Program-made: the position numbers and the translations under genes
Notes under the pieces: model-generated
The model's input: only the letters and a program-made list of their open reading frames with translations
Databases searched by the model: none
What the model was told of the DNA's origin: nothing
Origin: a virus
Taxonomy: Duplodnaviria; Caudoviricetes
Strand: one strand, 5' to 3'
Length of the DNA: 64,000 bases
IMG/VR virus record: IMGVR_UViG_3300023070_000002
Coordinates: 1 to 64,000 of that record
Shown: positions 28,236-39,354 of the stretch, piece by piece
Layout of the letters: each line of letters starts with the position of its first letter
Numbering within the stretch: position 1 is the stretch's first letter

Positions 28236-29675
28236 TTATTGCGCTCCAATGCTTTTAAGATAATCTGATTCACTCATATTATATTTAGCTGCCCCTTTTT
28301 TAATCTGATCGGCAGTAAGTGTTTTGCTGCCTACTTTATATGTTTTTTTATTAGCCGGTGCAGTGTTTGTTTTCGGGACAATGTCATCTTTCAATCGCCC
28401 TCTTTTAACTTCGTTAACACTAGTTTGATCCATGTTTTTTTGTGCGGCCACTCTTCTTGATATGACTTGGCCGTTTCTGCCTTCCCAATCGCCGTCATCC
28501 CTTCTAATGTAGTATTTATTCCCGTTCTCATCAACAACAGGAGGCACGTCTCCAAATAATTTTTTATGATTTACGTCTACTTTATTAAAAGGTATGATCA
28601 TTACTTCTTTTTCTTCATAATGCGGGAATGGGCTTCCGTCGTCTATTTTTACTTTTATTGTTTTCGGCTCAATAGACTTATTTGTTTCGTAATTACCGAA
28701 TATATCATAATCACCTAATCCCGGCCTTTCCTGATTTAATGAAGCCCTGTAATTTCTTCCCCCTTCAGCCATGTTGAACATTTTTTCTCTGAAGGCTTCT
28801 TGGCGTTTCATTATGGCATCCTTGTTATCAATCTGTTTTGGCGGTAACTTTATGGTAGGCTGTATCAATTCCATTGAGTAAGCTGTAGCATAATCTTCGG
28901 GGATAGATGGATCAACACCATATTGAGATTTAAATACGTTGGCCAGTGCAGCCCGTCTAACAGGGTCTTTTATTTCATTTTGTACCTGACTCCTAAAACT
29001 GTAGCTATTTTCAAACTTATCGGCTGCCCGGCTCGCTATAACCTGTTTGCCTTCATCATCAAAACCAAGTTCAGTTATTTCGCTCAGTCTTAAGTCATTC
29101 CCTTTCAATGGCTCTGTGTACACCTTCGATTTATTCCTTTTTATATCGCCAAAGCCTTTTAGAAATGTTTGTTGATTGAATGGTTTTGGCTGAGACAGCC
29201 ATTTTACGCCATCGAAACTAATGCTCCCGTCTTCATCAACCCCTTTATCATTTAGATGTAGTTCAGTAATAAAATCATCTGGCACTACCCCGTCCTGTTT
29301 TAACCTGTCCTGATAGAGTTTCATTGCCATGTCCTGCTTCGCTGTTCTTTCTTTGCTCTGGTTTACATAGCCGCTTACATCACGAAGGATCTTTTCATAT
29401 TCAAACGCTTCCGGCGTCGTTCCTTTTCGTATCTTATCCTTGTTTAAATTATAGAATGCCTGAACATTACTTAACCGTTGGTCGAACCCCTGCCGGTCTA
29501 CATCTCTTAACCCTTGCGGGTTGATGTTATTGATACGGGCACGGTCATATTGGTCTAACGCATCCATTTTAGCCTGCCTTTTAGCTAACAGGTTCCCGTA
29601 CAGGTTTACCGTTGGCGTACTGTCAAATTCTACATTGCCTCCGCTATAAAGCCTTGGATCGTTTTGGGTTGCCAT
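28236..29675 (-). CDS. putative ejection protein 2
   Basis: 479 aa, helical and charged; podovirus ejectosome synteny. Confidence 0.55.
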   Translation of the reverse strand: MATQNDPRLYSGGNVEFDSTPTVNLYGNLLAKRQAKMDALDQYDRARINNINPQGLRDVDRQGFDQRLSNVQAFYNLNKDKIRKGTTPEAFEYEKILRDVSGYVNQSKERTAKQDMAMKLYQDRLKQDGVVPDDFITELHLNDKGVDEDGSISFDGVKWLSQPKPFNQQTFLKGFGDIKRNKSKVYTEPLKGNDLRLSEITELGFDDEGKQVIASRAADKFENSYSFRSQVQNEIKDPVRRAALANVFKSQYGVDPSIPEDYATAYSMELIQPTIKLPPKQIDNKDAIMKRQEAFREKMFNMAEGGRNYRASLNQERPGLGDYDIFGNYETNKSIEPKTIKVKIDDGSPFPHYEEKEVMIIPFNKVDVNHKKLFGDVPPVVDENGNKYYIRRDDGDWEGRNGQVISRRVAAQKNMDQTSVNEVKRGRLKDDIVPKTNTAPANKKTYKVGSKTLTADQIKKGAAKYNMSESDYLKSIGAQ

Positions 29676-30361
29676 TAACCAAGTATTGATTTACGTTTCC
29701 TGTTTCTCAATAGCCAATCTGAGGTTATTCCGGATAAGCCATTATTATTTCCACTCGCTGACGTTTCGGTATTGTTTGAGTTGCTCCCGGCGCCATACTC
29801 TTTGTTGAGCATTTGCATATTAGTGTAGTTCTGCAACCCATTGAATATATTAGACAGACCGGCATTAACGCCTTGGTTTGCAGCGCCTGCTTTCATAGCT
29901 TTCAGGTTATACTTTCTTTCGAAAGGCTGCATTTCATTTATATCGAAGGCTGTACGATCTTCCCCTGCTTTCATTTGTGTGGCTGTACCCAATTGGTTAA
30001 ACCTATTATTTCTTTCCTGTTCGGCGGTAGCTTCTGCATTTAGTGTCGCATCACTTGCACCGCGTAAAATAGAAGATATACCCGCAATGCCGCTACGCCT
30101 GTCCTGTAATGCTCCAACACCATTTGCCACCCCTCGGTTGATGTTCCCTATCTGGCGCTTGTACATTGCACTATCGGTTGGAGAAACGTTATAGCGGTCA
30201 AGGGATTGATTATAGTAATCCAGAATGCCTTGATTCTTTTTATACAAAGGCGAGTTCATGCCTTCCAATTCCTTCTGCGCTTTCTTGGCTTTGCCCGCAT
30301 TAATAATTGACTGAATACCTCCCGCTGCGGCGGTAATTAATGGCAATAAAGGTAACGGCAT
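29675..30361 (-). CDS. putative ejection protein 1
   Basis: Hydrophobic A/G-rich N-terminus, Q/N/A-rich helices. Confidence 0.6.
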   Translation of the reverse strand: MPLPLLPLITAAAGGIQSIINAGKAKKAQKELEGMNSPLYKKNQGILDYYNQSLDRYNVSPTDSAMYKRQIGNINRGVANGVGALQDRRSGIAGISSILRGASDATLNAEATAEQERNNRFNQLGTATQMKAGEDRTAFDINEMQPFERKYNLKAMKAGAANQGVNAGLSNIFNGLQNYTNMQMLNKEYGAGSNSNNTETSASGNNNGLSGITSDWLLRNRKRKSILG

Positions 30362-30379
30362 TGTATACTTTTTATAGGG

Positions 30380-33300
30380 TTAGCGTACATTTAAGGGACT
30401 ATCAATGTATCGGCAGATTAATTCATTCAAATTTACGAGTTCTGACGCGTTTGTAATTTGAAATTTTGCTACGAGCCAATTACCTTTCATAAAATCACCG
30501 TTCCATTTTCCGCCTCTTGAATTAACATCTCTTTTCCAGCTAGCGGACGGCATCGCTTCCAGGATTTTAAATTCTGCCTCTACAAGGTTTGTTTCCTGAC
30601 GCTGCGCCCCGTAACTTTTTGTATCAGTGTATGCAATAGGTACCGCCCATATTACATCCGCATCCTCGGAAATGCTTTGCCACCCCTTTTTGGGCATCCC
30701 TTCAGGGTTAAAAACAACGGTAATCGAACAGTCATATTGCTGTCCGAAGAAATTACAATACGGGGCTAAATCACTTTTCTTCCACAGTTGGCCATTCAGG
30801 AACATATATACATTGTCATCTGCGCTCAAAGCCCATTCAGGGTGTTCGTCAAAATCGCCAGTAAATCCATTTCTTGTTTCATTAAAACAATAATTCCGGT
30901 CGGGCAGTACATTCGTCCCTTGCAGAATAGTATGGGCTTCACTCTCAAAGCTATCCCAATACTTCATCACTTTGGCAATAAACCCGTTTGGTCTTATTTG
31001 AGTGCGGTTATATGGCGTTACATATCCCGATAACGTAAATTGTCCCTTGTATAGTAACCCGAGATCATTTAAGCCATCACCCGCAAGTCTCACTTCCCGC
31101 CCTGTTATCACATCGTTAAAATAATCGGCATCTGCGCTGCTGCAAAGGTTGGTTGGGTAACCACCCAACCCATACATTCCCTGATAATAATTGATATTAT
31201 TCTGTGTGATAATTACATTGGTTGTTACTAGTTGGTTGTCGCCATCATTATTTTGAATAAACCGGGAGTATACCCCCCACTGCCCTACACCCCTGTCCTG
31301 AAAAGTCCGGAGTATTTTTTCGCGTATTTTAAACCTTCTTATATCGCCATAACTTCTGATTGCTTCATCATATTCGTCTTCCTGAAAAATATTCAACCGG
31401 TTAATATTTGTTCCGGGCTGATACGCGCCCCCCCACCTTACTAAAACACCATTATATTCTGTTTTCGCATCGGGGTTTATTGGCCATCCGCGCCCATCAG
31501 AATTTACTTTACTTAAAAAATAATCACTATAACCAGTGTCCATTACGGTCATGGTCTTGGTTGTTGTGGCATCAACGTCAAGATAAAATATTCTTGGCTT
31601 AAAATAATTATCCCCTTTATAAAAAAGAAATGTTGCCGGTTGTGTGGCATTTTGTTCCTGTAAATTACCTCCGTGGTATAACTGACCGCTTCCGGGCTGG
31701 TTAGCATTGATCTCAAATGTTTCACCAAATTCAAAAAATACCTGTTCATCCCCGTTTGTTCTTAGAAGTGGCGAGTATAGTTCAATAAAAGAATTGGCCG
31801 TATATGCCGGGAAGGAGGTGCTTGGCTTTTTAACTTTAATAAACCTGCCTAGCGATGCCGGGCTTGTCATTGTCCTTTGAACCGTTCCCAATACCTCAAA
31901 ATCAAGTACCGGGGCATATAACGTCCTGTCACCATTGGCGGGATTATAATTTGCAATTACCCGGATCCTGTCCCCTTCTTTAAAATCGTAAGAAGGGATA
32001 AATCCGGTGTTTTTTGTTTTAAGGTAAGTCAGGTTCTGAATGCAGAAATATAAATAATCTGTATCGGTTTGATAATCGTTAGTTACCAACTCAATGTATG
32101 AATTAGTTGTTTGATTGGATGTTCTGACCCACTGGAAACGTCTTGCCCAACTTGGCGGCAGGTGGTTAATACTAGCCATCATGTACGGTATGTACTGATT
32201 TGATGGCGGCTCTGACATGGTAGCAAAGTCACGGCTGTTATATCCAAAATTATTCAGTACAGTTTCCGTATTAACGAAGGAGATAACCCCGTTTGTTTTC
32301 CCACGTTCATCAAAATAAATCAATCCCCAACGGTACTGACTTGACCATTTTAAAACTGAGTTTGGATATGGAACTGTGAAACTGGAAAGGTTAGTATATT
32401 CCACATATTGGTCAGGAAATGATCCTGCCGGGTTAGTTGTTACAATAGAAATAGTATTGCCCGTTCCTGCCTGCGTTGCAGAAACTTCGGTGTTAATCCC
32501 AAGTGTAACTAACTCTGCGTTCAATAGCGCCGTAAAGGCTGTTGTTATATCTGAAAGTGTGTCTGTTAACCCCGGCGTATAGCTAACATCAATTGTGAAC
32601 ACAACGCCGTTATCATACCTAACCCTTAGCTGAATGGTTGTATTACTGGCAGCGCTGCCTCCGATAATAACAGTAAGTTCCGTATCGGAAATATTCTCCG
32701 CGTTTATAACTAATGCTCCTTCCCCTTCGCCAAGACCTGAATACATATAAACCTCACATTGGGATTCAGCAAGGTTTGGATAGCCTTCTGTAATACCCCC
32801 ATAGATAATTACATTGCCATTTAATACCTCTAAAGTATTTGCCTTATCTGGAAGGTAGCTGTAATATAAATCACTTTCTTCTATTGGGATAGTCGTGTAA
32901 ACGGAATCATTTGTAAACCGGAAGGTAAACGTGCCAAGTGTAAAATCTGAAGCTGGAATAGTGGTAATAGAAAAATAGTCGCTCCATGTGCTCCCTTGGC
33001 ATTCCTGTCCCGCTATTTCCACACCTGTAATATCACCAACCGTTGTATTATCGCTTAGTCTTGCCACCCCTTCAATAATAATAGTGTTATTTTTTGTCGG
33101 GTCTGTCAGGTTGGTTTGATTGAATCCGTCGATTGGGAGTGGCATTTTCGACAGAGAAGAAAATGCAGACTTTTCAAGATTGGAGAATAAAAACCTGTAT
33201 GCGAACCTAAACAGTCGTTTGGCTAAATTATTTACATTAAAATTAGCATCATTAGCGTAAATCACGGAAAGCGTTTGCATCGGCCAATCTTTCCCGGCAT

Positions 33301-33796
33301 TTAGCATATCTGAAATAAAAGGAGATAATGCTGCTACGGTATCAAGATTAAGATACTTTGGCCGGTTATTTCCGTCAGTCCAATATAGTAAATCACCGTC
33401 TCCTTGCGTCCTGTATACGAGTGCTGCGGAGTGTACCGGGTAGTTGGGGCTGAAATTTAAAATGTCTGTGGCGCTGTTTGTCCCGCAAATGAATATCGGG
33501 GAAATAAGTTCGGTATTAATTGACAACTGGTAAATACCATTATCGCCGTTGCTATTCCAGTTAAACCAAATTATCCGGCGTTTAACGGAATCATAGAACG
33601 CGCCGATACACTCATTCTCTCCCCCCGGAAGGCTGGCGTTATTTATTAGATAATTACCGCGAATGTTTTGAAATGACAGCCCGTTTGCACCGCCATAAAA
33701 TCTACCGTTGAGGGCTTGTATATGCTGCGCAGGGAGTATGTCCGGGTTTTGATCGTCCGAATTTAAAACCCCCGCAAATCTTTTTACAACAACCAC
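30380..33796 (-). CDS. tail stabilisation/nozzle protein (P22 gp10-like, crAss-type)
   Basis: 1138 aa; FAGVLNSDD...ALNGRF start, LYWTDGNNRPKYLN propeller blades, RWGLIYFDERG. Confidence 0.75.
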   Translation of the reverse strand: MVVVKRFAGVLNSDDQNPDILPAQHIQALNGRFYGGANGLSFQNIRGNYLINNASLPGGENECIGAFYDSVKRRIIWFNWNSNGDNGIYQLSINTELISPIFICGTNSATDILNFSPNYPVHSAALVYRTQGDGDLLYWTDGNNRPKYLNLDTVAALSPFISDMLNAGKDWPMQTLSVIYANDANFNVNNLAKRLFRFAYRFLFSNLEKSAFSSLSKMPLPIDGFNQTNLTDPTKNNTIIIEGVARLSDNTTVGDITGVEIAGQECQGSTWSDYFSITTIPASDFTLGTFTFRFTNDSVYTTIPIEESDLYYSYLPDKANTLEVLNGNVIIYGGITEGYPNLAESQCEVYMYSGLGEGEGALVINAENISDTELTVIIGGSAASNTTIQLRVRYDNGVVFTIDVSYTPGLTDTLSDITTAFTALLNAELVTLGINTEVSATQAGTGNTISIVTTNPAGSFPDQYVEYTNLSSFTVPYPNSVLKWSSQYRWGLIYFDERGKTNGVISFVNTETVLNNFGYNSRDFATMSEPPSNQYIPYMMASINHLPPSWARRFQWVRTSNQTTNSYIELVTNDYQTDTDYLYFCIQNLTYLKTKNTGFIPSYDFKEGDRIRVIANYNPANGDRTLYAPVLDFEVLGTVQRTMTSPASLGRFIKVKKPSTSFPAYTANSFIELYSPLLRTNGDEQVFFEFGETFEINANQPGSGQLYHGGNLQEQNATQPATFLFYKGDNYFKPRIFYLDVDATTTKTMTVMDTGYSDYFLSKVNSDGRGWPINPDAKTEYNGVLVRWGGAYQPGTNINRLNIFQEDEYDEAIRSYGDIRRFKIREKILRTFQDRGVGQWGVYSRFIQNNDGDNQLVTTNVIITQNNINYYQGMYGLGGYPTNLCSSADADYFNDVITGREVRLAGDGLNDLGLLYKGQFTLSGYVTPYNRTQIRPNGFIAKVMKYWDSFESEAHTILQGTNVLPDRNYCFNETRNGFTGDFDEHPEWALSADDNVYMFLNGQLWKKSDLAPYCNFFGQQYDCSITVVFNPEGMPKKGWQSISEDADVIWAVPIAYTDTKSYGAQRQETNLVEAEFKILEAMPSASWKRDVNSRGGKWNGDFMKGNWLVAKFQITNASELVNLNELICRYIDSPLNVR

Positions 33797-33805
33797 GTTT
33801 AAAAT

Positions 33806-34078
33806 TTATGGCAAATCTGCCGACTCTGTGAAAATTATTTTTGCTTCTGGTATAATTGTATACGACTGCCCATTATACACAAATACTCCGACTATATCAG
33901 TATTTTTAAACATAACAGAACTACCCACGGTTCTTTCTCCATTGTTAACCCACAACTGATCTATTGCCCCAAACAGGAACCCTGTGTCAGGCGGGACTAT
34001 ATTTTGTGTTGAAGATGTGCTACTCCCACTTCCATATATGGAAACGTATCCAGCGGTTAAAAATACAGGTAGAGACAT
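33806..34078 (-). CDS. small tail protein
   Basis: 90 aa within the tail operon. Confidence 0.5.
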   Translation of the reverse strand: MSLPVFLTAGYVSIYGSGSSTSSTQNIVPPDTGFLFGAIDQLWVNNGERTVGSSVMFKNTDIVGVFVYNGQSYTIIPEAKIIFTESADLP

Positions 34079-34846
34079 TTATGCTTTTACAGTTAATCGG
34101 CTGGTTTCTAAATTTTGAATGTATGCCTGATCCAAATAAAAAGGGCGGAATCTTGCTTTGCCTCTTCGTAAGGCTTCAAAATAATCATGTCTTCTGATTT
34201 GCTTATCTCCTAAATTCCCTTTCCTTGAAGATGGCATATTAGCTATGTCCTGCCAAGCCAACCAGCATATCATTGTCTCCCTGAATTCTACGGGGATATA
34301 ATATTCACTTCCTTCCGTTGGACTTGCGGTGTACTCCAAAATGCAATTATCCCATAAGAAGTCACTGCCCAAGAGTATAACACCGTTATGGTTATCAATT
34401 TTAAAGCCACCACCATAACTATAATCCCCGGCAATTCCATAGAAATTATCGCAGCTATCACCGTTCCAGTAGTTAAAAAAAACAGGTGAACTAAAAGAAT
34501 AAACGTCCGCGATTTCTGATTGATTTACTTGGGCAATCCTGTTTGGTTGCAAATCTGCAAACGTAGTAAGTTTTTCGTTATACTTAAGCGGGATTACTTC
34601 CCCTGCACCATTTAAGACACCAAATTTATTGTAGTGGATAAAATCTGCGGGTAGTGTAATGGTTTTGTTCGCATTGATGGGCAATTTTACTGACTTGACT
34701 TGGTAAAAAAAATCTATCCCCAACTCTTCCATAAGCGTGAATGCTAAATGAAATAGTTTGAAGTATTTGCTTTGCGAAAGTTCTGCCCTGTTTATATAAT
34801 CATAAATAGCAGAATCTAACGTTATCCATTGCCTGCGCTGCGACAT
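34079..34846 (-). CDS. tail tubular/ring protein
   Basis: VKSVKLPINANKTITLPADFIHY...CILEYTA; crAss-type ring protein pattern. Confidence 0.65.
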   Translation of the reverse strand: MSQRRQWITLDSAIYDYINRAELSQSKYFKLFHLAFTLMEELGIDFFYQVKSVKLPINANKTITLPADFIHYNKFGVLNGAGEVIPLKYNEKLTTFADLQPNRIAQVNQSEIADVYSFSSPVFFNYWNGDSCDNFYGIAGDYSYGGGFKIDNHNGVILLGSDFLWDNCILEYTASPTEGSEYYIPVEFRETMICWLAWQDIANMPSSRKGNLGDKQIRRHDYFEALRRGKARFRPFYLDQAYIQNLETSRLTVKA

Positions 34847-34855
34847 TATTAAATA

Positions 34856-35278
34856 TTATTTTTTCTTAGATTTCTGCACTGACTTATCGCTTTTTGATGG
34901 CTTCTCATCGGATGCCAGTTTATGAAGTGTTTCTTCTTCATTATCCGGTGCATCGGAATCGGGCAGCGCATCAATTGTTTCATCTACCAATTCAATGAGA
35001 TCGGCATTTTCAACGGTATGCCCGGCTTTATTATCCGTAGAATTGGTATGCTCTGAACTGTTCTTGGCTGCCATACAAAAACCTTGTGGAAAGTTTTGCA
35101 ACTCAACTGGCAGGTGCGTAGAAAGACCGACAAAATATTCCATTTGCTCCGAAGTAATTCTTTCCGTTGGTTCTACTTCTGCGAACCATTTTTCATACTT
35201 TGATTTTACGATGCTATCGGGTATCTTGTTTATAAAAACAAGGAGAGAGGCTATGGCATTTGGCGTTAAAGTGTACAT
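34856..35278 (-). CDS. hypothetical protein
   Basis: 140 aa with an acidic tail. Confidence 0.55.
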   Translation of the reverse strand: MYTLTPNAIASLLVFINKIPDSIVKSKYEKWFAEVEPTERITSEQMEYFVGLSTHLPVELQNFPQGFCMAAKNSSEHTNSTDNKAGHTVENADLIELVDETIDALPDSDAPDNEEETLHKLASDEKPSKSDKSVQKSKKK

Positions 35279-35297
35279 AATATTTATAATTTAATTT

Positions 35298-35933
35298 TTA
35301 CGTTGTTTTTACTGCTGGCTGGCCGTCATTCGAAGCATCTACAGGTTGATTTCTTTCCAATAGAAGTTGTTGTTGAATATAGGACACAACGATTGGCAAA
35401 CTATCGTCAGGCAGGTTTAATGTACTGTTTAGATTCGTACTGTCACCCCCGCTAATCAATGTTACCGTTGCTGTATAATCTGTCATTATGATAGTAGTTA
35501 TCACAAAACAAAATTCACCTTCCGGGTAAGCCAGCACTTTATTAGGTATGACTCTCATTGACCTGTAATAGCCAACTTGGTTTTCGCTTAACAGGACAGC
35601 GGGATAGCTTATGTTGCTATTACTGTCCTTAAATAATATCCTCGAAATACCTTCTGTGTTTCCTATTGATAATGGTATTTGCGGCAATGTAAACTTATAT
35701 AAAAACTGTTCATCTTTTGTGACAGTAAGTCCTTTAAAGGTTGAATAGAAGCTATTGTTTACAAAACCTATCCCTTCAAGTTGAATGTTTTCTTTATAGT
35801 TGTTTTTGGCGGCCACTGCAATGCCCTGATTAATCCAAAGGTTAATAAGATTGTCGGTTATATCAGCCTCATCGACAGGGAACCCGCCGTATACCTGCCG
35901 CCTCAACATTTCTATAAAAGTCCTTCTGGTCAT
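35298..35933 (-). CDS. tail tubular/ring protein
   Basis: Helical N-terminus, beta core and C-terminal helix, as in head-tail adaptor rings; synteny. Confidence 0.55.
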   Translation of the reverse strand: MTRRTFIEMLRRQVYGGFPVDEADITDNLINLWINQGIAVAAKNNYKENIQLEGIGFVNNSFYSTFKGLTVTKDEQFLYKFTLPQIPLSIGNTEGISRILFKDSNSNISYPAVLLSENQVGYYRSMRVIPNKVLAYPEGEFCFVITTIIMTDYTATVTLISGGDSTNLNSTLNLPDDSLPIVVSYIQQQLLLERNQPVDASNDGQPAVKTT

Positions 35934-35947
35934 TCTTTATACTAGTT

Positions 35948-36220
35948 TTATGGATACACGCCAAATACCGAACTCAACGCAGTTAACGCGGCTGCAACAC
36001 TCGCTGGCGCACTTCCGCTTCCAGCTACCCTCAAATCTGCCAACGCACAAGAATACTCGCCAAATGTACCTATCTGCACATTTATCGTTGTACCCGCTGA
36101 ATTAAACGAGTACATAACCGGGAATCCTATGTAACATTGTATTGCTCCTGCAACACCTTCAACTGTTGTTGTTACCTGAATTTGATTGCCTTGCTTTGTA
36201 AAGTCGATTGTAGTTGCCAT
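35948..36220 (-). CDS. small structural protein
   Basis: 90 aa, T/V/G-rich. Confidence 0.5.
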   Translation of the reverse strand: MATTIDFTKQGNQIQVTTTVEGVAGAIQCYIGFPVMYSFNSAGTTINVQIGTFGEYSCALADLRVAGSGSAPASVAAALTALSSVFGVYP

Positions 36221-36891
36221 TATTGACCATTTTGTTTTTGTTCTTGAGAGAATTGCATTACAGCGCCTGCGCTCAAATTAACACCGACTAACATCAACGC
36301 GCGTGAAATAATGTCGAAAATAGCTACCTCGTCCCAAACCGGCTGCGTACTTGTGGCGGGATTATACACCGGGATGCCATTAATATCAAATGTATACCCC
36401 CACACCATATCCGGACATTCTTTTACGTAATGTAATCTGGCTGACTGCCTGTTTTGCGGATAAAAAACAAACCCTGTATCTTCTAAAACGTAAATTGGGT
36501 TTGTTGATACTGGATCGATTGTGCTATTGTATATCGAAACAAACTTATGCTGATCTGCATATCTTATTCGCTGAAAGCCGTATAAACTCCACATTGCATC
36601 TGTCTGCAAGTAATTACCGGGATATGGACTATATCCGTTAACATCAACATTTAAATTATACCCGTAAATAATTGGGGCAAGCCTCTGCCTTACGACTGAA
36701 TTTTGCCCCAATTCAACTCTGGCCACCGGTCGACCGGGTGTATATTGTTGAAATACCCCTAGAAGATAAGCGACGTAATTTTTCTGCGCTTGATTTATTG
36801 CCGTATGAAAGTCTTCAGGGCTAAGATAGCCTTGTTGTAGGTTTTTAGCTACTACATACAACATCGTACGATAGACTTCATCTACGTTCAT
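36220..36891 (-). CDS. head-tail adaptor/ring protein
   Basis: MNVDEVYR.M...AKNLQQGYLSPEDF..AINQAQ; crAss-type ring protein start. Confidence 0.65.
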   Translation of the reverse strand: MNVDEVYRTMLYVVAKNLQQGYLSPEDFHTAINQAQKNYVAYLLGVFQQYTPGRPVARVELGQNSVVRQRLAPIIYGYNLNVDVNGYSPYPGNYLQTDAMWSLYGFQRIRYADQHKFVSIYNSTIDPVSTNPIYVLEDTGFVFYPQNRQSARLHYVKECPDMVWGYTFDINGIPVYNPATSTQPVWDEVAIFDIISRALMLVGVNLSAGAVMQFSQEQKQNGQ

Positions 36892-36911
36892 CCTTTAGGG
36901 TACTTTTATTT

Positions 36912-37805
36912 TTATCCGAAAAACGTTCTCAATTGTTTGCTAAAGTTAGCATTATCTTCCCCATGAAGTTGTGCAAACTCAATTAAATATTCTACCGCAT
37001 CTCTTCCTTCCGGCAACGCGGAAATAAATCCACCGTCAACCCAATATGCTGCACCGGGTTGTTTACCTAAATCTATCTTGCCTTCATTGATCCCCCGCCT
37101 TACCATGTGGGCTACTTTTACGGTAGGTGACTGAATACTAACAAGAAATTTTTTCGCGTTATTTTTTGCATAGCGGATATAGGCGTTACGCAATGCGCTT
37201 TCATCCAATTCAACGCCCATTTCATCCTGAAATTCGATATTTAAATATTTCGCGTGAGGGATTACCTCTGCAATAGGCGTGGTCATTGCGAGTTGCATGG
37301 CTTTTATCACATCGTTTTCCTCAGCAATTGCCACTTGATTTAATTCTACTGGATTCCACTCATAAAAGTAAATATCTTTGGGACGTGCTTGATCCTTATA
37401 CTTCTTTTGATTTGATTGATTTCGCATTGTTAATTCCGCCGCCTGAAGGTGCATAGGTTTATTTATAGGAATAATACAAATCCCTTTATCAAATTCCAAG
37501 CACTCAACATTTTTAGCAACGTACTCTTTGGGGAATACGGACGGTGGTTGTTCATCAAACCAAATAGTATTTGCCCCTCTAAGCAGTCGCATCCTTCTTT
37601 GTCTGCCTGTTTTTGGGTCAATCACATCTTCTTCCACATCTAAAATTACTTTGCCCTGCCTTTTATCATTGGACAGTATAAATATTCTATTAACTGCCTT
37701 TTTAGAAACAAGAGTTTCAGTTGTTGGCGTAAACACCGATTCTGTTAATTCCGGGGCTTGCAATACTTCTGTATCGCTTATGGTGTCCGGCTGATCTTTT
37801 TTCAT
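36912..37805 (-). CDS. conserved virion-associated protein downstream of the major capsid gene
   Basis: 297 aa; conserved position in crAss-like head modules. Confidence 0.5.
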   Translation of the reverse strand: MKKDQPDTISDTEVLQAPELTESVFTPTTETLVSKKAVNRIFILSNDKRQGKVILDVEEDVIDPKTGRQRRMRLLRGANTIWFDEQPPSVFPKEYVAKNVECLEFDKGICIIPINKPMHLQAAELTMRNQSNQKKYKDQARPKDIYFYEWNPVELNQVAIAEENDVIKAMQLAMTTPIAEVIPHAKYLNIEFQDEMGVELDESALRNAYIRYAKNNAKKFLVSIQSPTVKVAHMVRRGINEGKIDLGKQPGAAYWVDGGFISALPEGRDAVEYLIEFAQLHGEDNANFSKQLRTFFG

Positions 37806-37828
37806 TTTATTTTTAATTATTGATTACT

Positions 37829-37862
37829 AAAAGAAGGGAACCGTCTAGTAAACGGTTCCCTT
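37829..37862 (-). terminator. intrinsic terminator after the major capsid gene
   Basis: AAGGGAACCGT / ACGGTTCCCTT 11-bp stem, then CTTTT on the minus strand. Confidence 0.8.
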
Positions 37863-37869
37863 TATATAC

Positions 37870-39321
37870 TTATGAACCCGAGACGGTAAAGAACTGAGCC
37901 AAGCCCGCAGCCCTAACGGCCTTGTACGTAACCATACTTACAGTGTGATCCAAAGTACCGGTTTGGTTAACATCTGCGTTTCCGCCATACTCCCAAACTT
38001 TTACTCCGTTGGATATTGTACCGCCTCCAAGTGGTTCTTGGTACATTACCTGTACGTTTTTCAGTCGCCCGGTTACTGGCGCACCGCCGCCGTTACCATA
38101 CTTCGCTGTTACCTCACCTTGCGGCATGATAATACCAAAGTTTCTGTATTGGTCAACGTCTGGTGTTTTACCGTGAGTAACCTCTGTATTGAACCCACCA
38201 TACATCTTCAATTGAAGCATATAGTTGTCAATTTTGAAGCTGTCAAATCCATAAGCTACACTTGCTTGTTCAGAAGCAGCACCGCTACCCCAAACATACG
38301 CGCCCGCTGGGTATTGAGCAAAAAGCGTATCATCAAACTCTTGCCTTTGGAAAATATCCATCAACCAAATGTTTTGTTGAGCGTTTCCGTTCACCATCAT
38401 TTGGGCTGTAATAGCGTGTAGTTTGGAAATACCCAAAGAACCCAAAGAATAGGTTACTGCATTACCCCGAGATACTATTTCAGGAACGAGTCCTTTTGTA
38501 CCCACATCTCCTGCGTTTAATCCAGTATTATTTTGCAGACCGCCAAACAAAAGTTTGAAGTCAACATTATTGAGGAAACGACGGTTTGCCAAAACCAAGC
38601 CTTTATAAGTAAAGGCTCCCTGCTTACCTCTCTTGATACCGGCTGACATGAACCCGCCATCTTCCACATAATCGTAGTAGATTTTTTCCATTTCAGAACG
38701 ATCGGTCGCCTTCCAGTCATCCCGAATAACGGTTGTACTGTTAGTTATTTTTTCGTCGATTGGGATTTGCGGGTCAATGTTGGTAGAGGCTTCCCCTGCT
38801 TCGGTATTGGACGCCAGTTTAATGATTTCACCCGCCAAAAGATTGGCACTTCCTGCTGACACAAATGCTTGTGTTGATTTCAATGGCCGTACGGTCATTG
38901 TGTGCGCGTTGGCTACTGTTTTGTTTACAGTAAGCACCTTACCTTCAACGCCATTCGATGCGAGCCGAACCGTTTCACCTACACGAATAGGGGACTGGGT
39001 TCCTGCATTATAGTGATCATTTGTAGAAATCGCTACCGTTACGGTTGCCCCTGCTGCTGGCGCAACAACGGCCGTCTTATTAGTAACCGCAGCCATCAAT
39101 TTACCTAAATCTTCGAAGTGAAAGAAATCCCTTCCTTCTACTTTTTCCATGCCTCCAAAAGTTGAAAGCCATGTTGTAAAGTCTTGCAGGCCATATTTTG
39201 TTACAAACTGACGATAATTGTGAGGTTGTAAGATATTGAGTGCCGATATAAAGTCGTAGTTGGCTGCTGGTAAACTCACGACATTCGGGGACGCAATATT
39301 TGAGGTACTTATTCCGGGCAT
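37870..39321 (-). CDS. major capsid protein (crAss-related HK97 fold)
   Basis: 483 aa after portal and scaffold; NSTTVIRDDWKATD, GTKGLVPEIVSRG; followed by a strong terminator. Confidence 0.8.
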   Translation of the reverse strand: MPGISTSNIASPNVVSLPAANYDFISALNILQPHNYRQFVTKYGLQDFTTWLSTFGGMEKVEGRDFFHFEDLGKLMAAVTNKTAVVAPAAGATVTVAISTNDHYNAGTQSPIRVGETVRLASNGVEGKVLTVNKTVANAHTMTVRPLKSTQAFVSAGSANLLAGEIIKLASNTEAGEASTNIDPQIPIDEKITNSTTVIRDDWKATDRSEMEKIYYDYVEDGGFMSAGIKRGKQGAFTYKGLVLANRRFLNNVDFKLLFGGLQNNTGLNAGDVGTKGLVPEIVSRGNAVTYSLGSLGISKLHAITAQMMVNGNAQQNIWLMDIFQRQEFDDTLFAQYPAGAYVWGSGAASEQASVAYGFDSFKIDNYMLQLKMYGGFNTEVTHGKTPDVDQYRNFGIIMPQGEVTAKYGNGGGAPVTGRLKNVQVMYQEPLGGGTISNGVKVWEYGGNADVNQTGTLDHTVSMVTYKAVRAAGLAQFFTVSGS

Positions 39322-39354
39322 TGTTTGTTCGGATTAAATTGTTTTTAAAAATTG